Source of the DNA: Sandaracinaceae bacterium
GTDB lineage: Bacteria; Myxococcota_A; Polyangia; Polyangiales; Sandaracinaceae
Assembly: GCA_044220955.1 (NCBI GenBank)
Contig: JBGAQA010000040.1
Location: forward strand, 1 to 54,932
Length of the DNA: 54,932 nucleotides
Reading direction: 5' to 3'
Part shown: one piece after another, positions 24,943 to 32,181 of the stretch
How the letters are laid out: each line of letters begins with the position of its first letter
Numbering within the stretch: position 1 is the first letter of the stretch
Made by a program: the position numbers and the translations under genes
The notes under the pieces: model-generated
Seen by the model: the letters and a program-made list of their open reading frames with translations, nothing else
Database searches by the model: none
What the model was told of the DNA's origin: nothing

Positions 24943-26862
24943 ATGCCGACCGAGCGCAGCGACGAGGCGACGACCGAGCAGACGCCGAGGCTCGCCCCGG
25001 AGATGACGCCCGCCGAGGCGCCCACGCTCGTCGCGCCAGGCACGCCCGAGGGCGCGCGCGTCGGGGCGGCCGACGTCGCGATCCACGTGCCCGGGCGCTA
25101 CATCGGCGGCCGCGAGCTCGGGCGCGGCGGCATGGGCGTCGTGCACGCGTGGAGCGATCCCCAGATCGGCCGCGAGATCGCGGCGAAGGTGCTCCTCAAG
25201 GACGATGCGGTGTCGCGCCGGCGTTTCATGCACGAGGCGCGCACGCAGGGCTCCCTCGCGCACCCGGCGATCGTGCCCGTGTACGACCTCGCGATGCTCG
25301 AGGACGGGCGGCCCTTCTTCACCATGCAGCGCGTGAAGGGCCAGACGCTCGCGTCCATCTTCACGAGCGAGGGCGGGCGCTTCTCCACGCGCAAGCTGCT
25401 CGAGGCGCTGGCGCGCATGGCGCTCGCTGTCGAGTTCTCGCACGAGCGCGGCGTCGTGCACCGGGACCTCAAGCCCGCCAACCTGATGCTCGGCGACTTC
25501 GGCGAGGTGTACGTGCTCGACTGGGGCATCGCGCGGCGCATCGAGGAGCGCGCGTCGGTCGTGCCCGGCGTCAGCGGCACCGAGCCCTCGACCGACGAGG
25601 TGCTCGGCCTCACCGCCACCGGGACGCTGCTGGGAACACCGGGCTACATGTCGCCGGAGCAGGCGCGCGGGGCGATCGACGAGGTGGACGCGCGCTCGGA
25701 CGTGTACGCCCTCGGCTGCGTGCTCTTCGAGATCCTGGCCGGCGAGCCGCTCCACAAGGGCACGCGCGTCACCGAGCTGGTGATGAGCACGCTCGGCGGC
25801 ATGGTCGATCGCAGCCCCGCACGCCGTGCTCCCGGCAAGGACGTCCCTCCCGAGCTCGACGCGCTCTGCCTCTCCGCGACCGAGGCCGACAAGAGCGCAC
25901 GCCTCGAGTCGGTGCGCGCGCTGGCCGAGAGCCTCGAGCGCTACCTCGAGGGCGATCGCGACGTCGAGCTGCGCATGAAGGCGGCGCAGGAGCACGCGCG
26001 CAGCGCCGCCGGCCTGGCGAACGCGGCGCTGGGCAAGTCGCGGAGCAGCGCGCCGAAGACCGACGCCGAGATGCTCGACGCCCGGCAGAGGGCCCTCGCC
26101 GAGATCGGACGCGCGGTCGCGCTCGTGCCCGAGCACCCGGTCGCGCTGGCCGCGCTGGTCGCGCTGCTCACCGAGCCTCCCAAGCGGACCCCCGACGAGG
26201 TCCGCATCGAGCTCGAAGACCTGCGTCACTCCCACGTCAGGGTGGGCGGCCGCACCGGCGCTGCGGCGTATGGGGCCGCTGCCGCGCTGCTCGCGACGCT
26301 GCTCGCGGTGGATCGCGTCCCCTTCGGCGCCACGTCGATCGTCTCGGAGGTGCTGCTGATCGGCGCGGCGCTCACCAGCTTCGGCTTGTCACGCGTCGCG
26401 CGGCCCGCGCGCTATGCCTCTCTTTCGATGCTCGTGATCAGCACCCTCGCGCTCGCCTCGCTCACGACGCTCTTCGGTCCGTTCATCGCGACGCCGACCG
26501 CCCTCGCGGTGAACGCGCTCGTCTTCCTGGTGTCGAACGAGCGCGCGCTGCGCGGCCCCATCTTCGCGCTCGGCGCCGCGGGCGTCGTGCTGCCGATGGC
26601 GCTCGAGGCGAGCGGGATCGTCGCCCCGTCGTTCCGGTTCGAGGGCGGCAACATGGTCCTCTTGCCGCGCGCCCTGCCCTTCGAGCCCTCGTCGCTGATC
26701 GTGCTCGCGGTCGTCTTCGTCGCCACCGTCGTCCTGGGCGCCGCGACGCTCGGACCCTTCCGCGACGACCTCGATCGAGCGCTGCTCGAGAGCCGCGTGC
26801 TCGCGTGGCAGCTTCGCCAGTTCGTGCCGACCCGATCGCGCACTCCCAAGGACCCAGGATGA
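24943..26862 (+). CDS. Hanks-type Ser/Thr protein kinase with a C-terminal multi-pass membrane domain
   Basis: LGRGGMG, AAK, HRDLKPANLM, VLDWGIA, GTPGYMSPEQ, DVYALG, then about 6 TM segments. Confidence 0.93.
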   Translation: MPTERSDEATTEQTPRLAPEMTPAEAPTLVAPGTPEGARVGAADVAIHVPGRYIGGRELGRGGMGVVHAWSDPQIGREIAAKVLLKDDAVSRRRFMHEARTQGSLAHPAIVPVYDLAMLEDGRPFFTMQRVKGQTLASIFTSEGGRFSTRKLLEALARMALAVEFSHERGVVHRDLKPANLMLGDFGEVYVLDWGIARRIEERASVVPGVSGTEPSTDEVLGLTATGTLLGTPGYMSPEQARGAIDEVDARSDVYALGCVLFEILAGEPLHKGTRVTELVMSTLGGMVDRSPARRAPGKDVPPELDALCLSATEADKSARLESVRALAESLERYLEGDRDVELRMKAAQEHARSAAGLANAALGKSRSSAPKTDAEMLDARQRALAEIGRAVALVPEHPVALAALVALLTEPPKRTPDEVRIELEDLRHSHVRVGGRTGAAAYGAAAALLATLLAVDRVPFGATSIVSEVLLIGAALTSFGLSRVARPARYASLSMLVISTLALASLTTLFGPFIATPTALAVNALVFLVSNERALRGPIFALGAAGVVLPMALEASGIVAPSFRFEGGNMVLLPRALPFEPSSLIVLAVVFVATVVLGAATLGPFRDDLDRALLESRVLAWQLRQFVPTRSRTPKDPG

Positions 26863-28187
26863 GCCAGCCCTCGATGCCCCCCTCCTCGTCCGGCGCCCTC
26901 GCGGCGCCGCAGCGGCGTCCGCGCGATCGGCCGGCGAACGTGAAGCTGGTGCTCGTGATGGTCGGGCTGCCCGCGCGGGGCAAGACGCACATCGCGCGGC
27001 GCGCGGCGCGCTACCTCACCTGGCTCGGCTACAAGACGCGCGTGTTCAACGTCGGGAACTACCGGCGCGAGCGCCTCGGCAGCCAGAAGGACCACTCGTT
27101 CTTCGATCACGAGAACGTCGACGCGAGGGCGGCGCGCCGCACGGTCGCCATGGAGTGCCTCGACGATCTCGTCACGTGGATGGGCGAGGGAGGCGAGATC
27201 GCGCTCTACGACGCGACGAACTCGCAGGTCGAGCGGCGCAGCGTGGTGGCGGAGCGCTGTCGATCGGCGGGATTCCAGGTCGTGTTCGTCGAGTCGGTGT
27301 GCGAGGACCCGAGCATCATCGAGAGCAACATCCGGCAGACCAAGCTCCACATGCCCGACTACGCCGGGATGGACCCGGACGCCGCCGTGCAGGACTTCCG
27401 CGAGCGCATCGCGCACTACGCGGCGGTGTACGAGCCGGTCGGCGAGAGCGAGGGCAGCTTCGTCCGCATCATCGACGTGGGCCGCAAGCTGGAGATCCAC
27501 CGCATCCAGGGCTACCTCGCCTCGCGCCTCGTCTACTTCTTGATGAACAACCACCCCATCCCTCGGCCCATCTACCTGACGAGGCACGGCGAGAGCCTGT
27601 TCAACGTCGAGGGACGGATCGGCGGCGACGCGGGGCTCGCGCCCAGGGGTGAGGCCTTCGCGTCGCGCCTGGCGCGCTGGTTCGAGACGGAGCGGCCGAC
27701 CCCGGACCTCGTGGTGTTCACGAGCACGCTCGTGCGGACCGTCGACACGGCGCGCTGGCTCGGCCGTCCGACGGTCGAGTGGCGGGCGCTGGACGAGATC
27801 TACGCGGGCGACTGCGACTCGATGACGTACGACGAGATCCGCGAGCAGTACCCCGGCGTCGTCGAGGCACGCTCGCACGACAAGCTGAGCTACCGGTATC
27901 CTCGGGGCGAGAGCTATCTCGATGATCACCGGCTCGAGCCGGTGATCATCGAGATCGAGCGCGAGCGCTCCCCGGTCCTCGTCATCGCGCACCAGGCGGT
28001 GCTGCGCGCGCTCTACGCGTACCTGATGGACAAGCCGCCGCGCGAGTGCCCGTTCCTTCCGATGCCGCTGCACACCGTCATCCAGCTCACGCCGACGACC
28101 TACGGCTGCGACGAGGCGCGCTTCGAGCTCGGCCCGGCCGCGGACACGCGCGACAGCAAGAGCCCACCCGCGCCGCCCGCGGCATGA
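26859..28187 (+). CDS. Bifunctional 6-phosphofructo-2-kinase / fructose-2,6-bisphosphatase (PFKFB-like)
   Basis: Kinase half: VMVGLPARGKT, VFNVGNYRR, YDATNS, FVESVCED, PDY, DFRERIAHY. Phosphatase half: IYLTRHGES, TSTLVRT, WRALDEIYAG, YRYPRGESY, RLEPVIIEIER, VIAHQAVLRALYAY, PLHT. The ATG overlaps the kinase stop (ATGA). Confidence 0.92.
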   Translation: MSQPSMPPSSSGALAAPQRRPRDRPANVKLVLVMVGLPARGKTHIARRAARYLTWLGYKTRVFNVGNYRRERLGSQKDHSFFDHENVDARAARRTVAMECLDDLVTWMGEGGEIALYDATNSQVERRSVVAERCRSAGFQVVFVESVCEDPSIIESNIRQTKLHMPDYAGMDPDAAVQDFRERIAHYAAVYEPVGESEGSFVRIIDVGRKLEIHRIQGYLASRLVYFLMNNHPIPRPIYLTRHGESLFNVEGRIGGDAGLAPRGEAFASRLARWFETERPTPDLVVFTSTLVRTVDTARWLGRPTVEWRALDEIYAGDCDSMTYDEIREQYPGVVEARSHDKLSYRYPRGESYLDDHRLEPVIIEIERERSPVLVIAHQAVLRALYAYLMDKPPRECPFLPMPLHTVIQLTPTTYGCDEARFELGPAADTRDSKSPPAPPAA

Positions 28188-28855
28188 GGCGGCGAGTCGT
28201 CGAGAGCGCGCTCCTCTCGCTCGCCTGGCTCGGGCCGCTCCTGGTCGCGCCCGGCGCGCTCTCGTCCGCGCGCGTCTGGGGGGGCGCGCTCGCGCCGGCG
28301 CTGCTGCTCGTCGCGGGCGTGTTCGTCGGCGCTCGGCGCGGCCCGCGACGCGGCGTCGTCCCGCTCTTCGCCACGGCTGGCGTGGCGCAGCTCTGGGCGT
28401 GGCTCGCGGGCGACGCCGCCGGCGCGGCCGCCATCTACACGCTCTCGCTGCTCGGCTGCTGGCTCCTCGTCTGTCCGCTCGCCCGCACGCTCGAGCCCGC
28501 CGACGCGCTGCAGTCACGCTTCCTCGTCACCCTCGTGGCCGATGCGACGGCGATCCTGGGGTCCGTCTCGCTCGCCGTGGTGTTCGACCTCCGGGTCGCG
28601 CTCGGCGGCGCGGTGGCGGTGGTGTTCGCGCTGGTGGGGGTGCGCTACCCGGTGGCTCGCGTCCGCGCGGGCATCACCGTGCTGGCGGGCGGCTTGCTCC
28701 ACGCGTGGCTGGGCCTGCCCGGGCTGATGGAGCTCGCCCGCGATCCCGCCTCGGCCGCGATGGCGCTCGACGAGCTCCTCCGGAGGTCGGCGGTGCTGGC
28801 GAGCGCGGCCGTGCTCGCCGCGATCGTGCTGAGCGCCGGCGACGAGCGAAGATGA
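28184..28855 (+). CDS. Integral membrane protein of unknown function
   Basis: ATGA overlap with the PFKFB stop; about 7-8 hydrophobic segments. Confidence 0.7.
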   Translation: MRRRVVESALLSLAWLGPLLVAPGALSSARVWGGALAPALLLVAGVFVGARRGPRRGVVPLFATAGVAQLWAWLAGDAAGAAAIYTLSLLGCWLLVCPLARTLEPADALQSRFLVTLVADATAILGSVSLAVVFDLRVALGGAVAVVFALVGVRYPVARVRAGITVLAGGLLHAWLGLPGLMELARDPASAAMALDELLRRSAVLASAAVLAAIVLSAGDERR

Positions 28856-28926
28856 GCACGATGAACGAGATCAGACACCGCACGACGAACCTCGCGTAAC
28901 GGAAGTTTCGCGGGTAAGCTGCTTGC

Positions 28927-29349
28927 GTGGGCGCAACCGACGAAACCCTCGACCTCTTCACGCGCAGCATGGAGCGATGCCTGCTCGCCCCGTCGTTCCT
29001 CGACCGCTTCTACGCGCGCTTTCTGCTCTCGAGCGACGTGGCCGCGCGCCGGTTCGAGAACGTGGATCTCAAGCGGCAGGCGGCGGTTCTCCGGGCGTCG
29101 CTCTATCACGTGATGCGCGCGGCGCGGGGCGCGAGCGACGGCATGCAGCACCTCGAGGAGATCGCGGCCAAGCACTCCAAGCGTGGGCTCGACATCCGCC
29201 CGGCCGAGTACAAGCACTGGCTCGAGTGCTTGATCGCCGTCGCGCGGGAGACGGACCCTACGTTCGACGCGCCGACCGAGGCGGCGTGGCGGCTCCACAT
29301 CGGCAACGCCATCGGCGTCATGCTCGCGCGATACGAGCAAGCCGGCTGA
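28927..29349 (+). CDS. Single-domain globin
   Basis: FLDRFYARF (B10 Tyr), RRFENVD (CD1 Phe), KRQ (E7 Gln), IAAKH (F8 His), LDIRPAEYKHW, EAAW. TAAGCT 6 nt before the GTG. Confidence 0.88.
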   Translation: MGATDETLDLFTRSMERCLLAPSFLDRFYARFLLSSDVAARRFENVDLKRQAAVLRASLYHVMRAARGASDGMQHLEEIAAKHSKRGLDIRPAEYKHWLECLIAVARETDPTFDAPTEAAWRLHIGNAIGVMLARYEQAG

Positions 29350-29479
29350 CGGGCCCCGGCGGGCCCGATCGACAGCGTTAGCTAGCGCTGGATTTCGCTC
29401 GAGCGAGATCGCACCGGATCCTCGCCCGAGCGCTCAAGCCTCCGCGTCGAACGCCCGATGGTCCGTGGGAGGTGAGGCC

Positions 29480-31282
29480 ATGGACCTGACGGGGCTTCGA
29501 GGTGCGCGCCCGGCCGCGGTGATGCTCGCGTGGCTGGCGGTCGCGGGGTGCGGCGCGGACGCCCCCGCCGCGCAGGGCCCGGTCCAGCAGGTCGACGCCG
29601 GCCACGCGGACGCCCCCGCTCCGGGCCTCGACGCAGGCCCCCTCGCGAGGAGGGACTGCGCGGGCGGATGCGTCGTGGCTGGCGAGTGCCTGGCCGACGG
29701 TGCGAGCCCTGCGGGGCAGCCGTGCGTGGTGTGCGACGCAGGCGCCGCCCCCGCCGCGCTCGTCCCCGCCGACGGCCGGCACTGCGACGACGGTGCGTTC
29801 TGCACGGTCGCCGACGCTTGCCGAGGCGGCGCGTGCGTCGGCCAGCCGCGGGACTGCTCGGACGAGCTCGCGTGCACGACGGGGGACGTCTGCGACGAGG
29901 CCCGAGACAGCTGTGCTCCTGGGACGTCGAGCTGCGCGGCCGAGCAGCTCTGCGGGGCGAGCGGCTGCGTCACGAGCTGCGCCGGCTGCGTGGTCGGCGG
30001 CGTCTGCGTGCCGGCCGGCGCGCGCTCGACCTCGGGCTGCTCCGTGTGCGACCCGACGTGGTCGACGACCGCGCTGCGCCCGGTGGACGGCCTGCCCTGC
30101 GACGACGGCGCCTTCTGCACGACGAGCGACGCTTGCGCGGCCGACGTGTGCACCGGCGTGGCGCGCGACTGCTCGGACTCGGTCTCGTGCAGCGGCGTCG
30201 AGACGTGTGACGAGTCCGTCGACGCGTGCGTGGCCGGGGTCTCGAGCTGCCCGCCAGAGCAGGTCTGCGACGCGGCGACCGACCGGTGCGCGCCGAGCTG
30301 CGCAGGCTGCCTGATCGGCGGTGTGTGCGTCGCCGACGGCGAGCAGAGCCCGGCGACGCCCTGCGAGATCTGCGACGTCGCCCGGGCGACCGACCGCTAC
30401 AGCCCGAACGACGGGGGGCCCTGCGACGACGGCTGGTACTGCACGCTCGGCGACGTCTGCGCTGGCGGCGTCTGCCGCGGGCTCGAGCGCGACTGCTCCG
30501 ACCGCATCGCGTGCGATGGCGTCGAGACCTGCGACGAGACCCACAGGACGTGCGCGCCGGGCGAGCCGACGTGCGCCAGCGGCGACACCTGCGACGTCGT
30601 GGCCGACGCGTGCGTCGCGACCTGCGACGGCTGCGTCGTCGACGGGCGCTGCGTGCCCGCCGGCGCGGAGATGCCGGACGTGCCCTGCTGGGTGTGCGAC
30701 CCGGCGCGAGCCGTCGATCGCTTCAGCCCGAATGACGGCCACGACTGCGACGACGAGCGCTACTGCACCGTGGGGGACGTGTGTGCGGCCGGCGTGTGCG
30801 TGGGCGCGCCGCGCGCGTGCGACGACGGCGTCGCGTGCGACGGATCCGAAGCGTGCGACGAGGGCGCGCGCGCGTGCGTCGGCGGCACCTCGACGTGTGA
30901 CCCGGGGACCGTCTGCGACGCGAGCGCGGACGCCTGCGTCGCGACGTGCGCGGGCTGCGAGATCGACGGCGTGTGCTTCCCGGACCACACCGCCGCCCCC
31001 GGCCAGCCCTGCTCGATGTGCGACGTCGCGCTCGACGCCCACCACTGGACCGCCGCGACGGATGTCGAGTGCGACGACGGCCTCTTCTGCACGGAGAGCG
31101 ACCGCTGCGTGGCGGGCACCTGCGTGGGCACCCCCCGCGCCTGCGGCGACGACGTCTCGTGCAACGGCGTCGACGCGTGTGACGAGGAAGGACGCGCGTG
31201 CATCTCGAGCGTGTCCCCCTGCGCCGAGGGCGTCGAGCTCTGCGACCCGGTCGCCGACGCGTGCGTGCCCGTCGGGGGCTGA
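29480..31282 (+). CDS. Cys-rich lipoprotein made of five ~108-aa tandem repeats
   Basis: SD GGAGGTGAGG, lipobox VAGC, 5x (CxGC[VLE][VI]xGxC...CxxCD...CDDGx[FY]CTxxDxCxxGxCxGxxRxCxDxxxCxGx[ED]xCDE...C). Confidence 0.85.
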   Translation: MDLTGLRGARPAAVMLAWLAVAGCGADAPAAQGPVQQVDAGHADAPAPGLDAGPLARRDCAGGCVVAGECLADGASPAGQPCVVCDAGAAPAALVPADGRHCDDGAFCTVADACRGGACVGQPRDCSDELACTTGDVCDEARDSCAPGTSSCAAEQLCGASGCVTSCAGCVVGGVCVPAGARSTSGCSVCDPTWSTTALRPVDGLPCDDGAFCTTSDACAADVCTGVARDCSDSVSCSGVETCDESVDACVAGVSSCPPEQVCDAATDRCAPSCAGCLIGGVCVADGEQSPATPCEICDVARATDRYSPNDGGPCDDGWYCTLGDVCAGGVCRGLERDCSDRIACDGVETCDETHRTCAPGEPTCASGDTCDVVADACVATCDGCVVDGRCVPAGAEMPDVPCWVCDPARAVDRFSPNDGHDCDDERYCTVGDVCAAGVCVGAPRACDDGVACDGSEACDEGARACVGGTSTCDPGTVCDASADACVATCAGCEIDGVCFPDHTAAPGQPCSMCDVALDAHHWTAATDVECDDGLFCTESDRCVAGTCVGTPRACGDDVSCNGVDACDEEGRACISSVSPCAEGVELCDPVADACVPVGG

Positions 31283-31329
31283 GCGCGGAGGTCGACCCGT
31301 CTGCTCGGCCCCTCTGCACGGCCCATCGC

Positions 31330-32181
31330 TCAGCGCATCGCCTCGCGAAACCTCTCGACGTACCAGCGGGGATCCGCCGGCCCCGACTCGGCGAACGCGC
31401 CCGGCGTCTCGCGCGTCTTGAGCCCGTACGCGCGCCCGCCCGCGACGCCCACGACCTCGCCGTTCACCTCGCTCGCGAGGGACGAGAGCAGGTAGCCCAC
31501 CATGGCCGCGACGTGCGCGGGCGACATCGCGCCCTCGGGGATCGCCGCGAACGTCGGCAGCTCCTCGTTCGCTCGCGTGCGCGCCGTCGGCACGATCGCG
31601 TTCACGCGCACCGCGTGCCGCCGGAGCTCCAGCGCGGCCGATCGGGCCAGCGCGATCAGGGCCGCGTGTGCAGCCCCGAGCGCCGCCTGCCCCCGCGCGC
31701 CGAAGTACGCCGCCGGGCCCGACGTGAGCACGATCGAGCCTCCCTCGTTCTGCTCGATCATCAGCGCGCCCGCCGCGCGCACGAGCGCGAAGGGCGCTCG
31801 CACGTGCAGGTCGAGCACGCGCGCGAGCAGCGCGTCGTCGGTCTTCAGGACGCTGCGATCGACGAGCGCGCCGGCGCACGAGGCCACCGCATCGAGCCGG
31901 CCGAAGCGGTCCCTCGCGAGCGCGACGAGCGCTTGAGGCGCGCCGGGGGCGGCGACGTCGCTCGCGTCGGTCACGACCTCCGCGCCGCTCGCGCGGAGCT
32001 CGGCCCCCAGGCGCGCGACCGAGGTCGCGTCCGCGCCCTGCCCCTCGCGGTCGGTGCCGAGGTCGTTCAGGACCAGGCGCGCTCGCTCGCGCGCGCAGAG
32101 CTCGACGACGGCGCGTCCGATCCCGCCCGCGGCGCCCGTCACGAGCACGACTCGCCCGGCGAAGAGCCCCGCCTCGCTCAT
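31330..32181 (-). CDS. SDR-family protein with a degenerate catalytic motif
   Basis: VVLVTGAAGGIGR, VLNDLG, FGRLDAV, GGSIVLTS, VRVNAIVP. The position expected to be YxxxK reads LGAAH. ATGA overlap with the upstream gene. Confidence 0.85.
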   Translation of the reverse strand: MSEAGLFAGRVVLVTGAAGGIGRAVVELCARERARLVLNDLGTDREGQGADATSVARLGAELRASGAEVVTDASDVAAPGAPQALVALARDRFGRLDAVASCAGALVDRSVLKTDDALLARVLDLHVRAPFALVRAAGALMIEQNEGGSIVLTSGPAAYFGARGQAALGAAHAALIALARSAALELRRHAVRVNAIVPTARTRANEELPTFAAIPEGAMSPAHVAAMVGYLLSSLASEVNGEVVGVAGGRAYGLKTRETPGAFAESGPADPRWYVERFREAMR

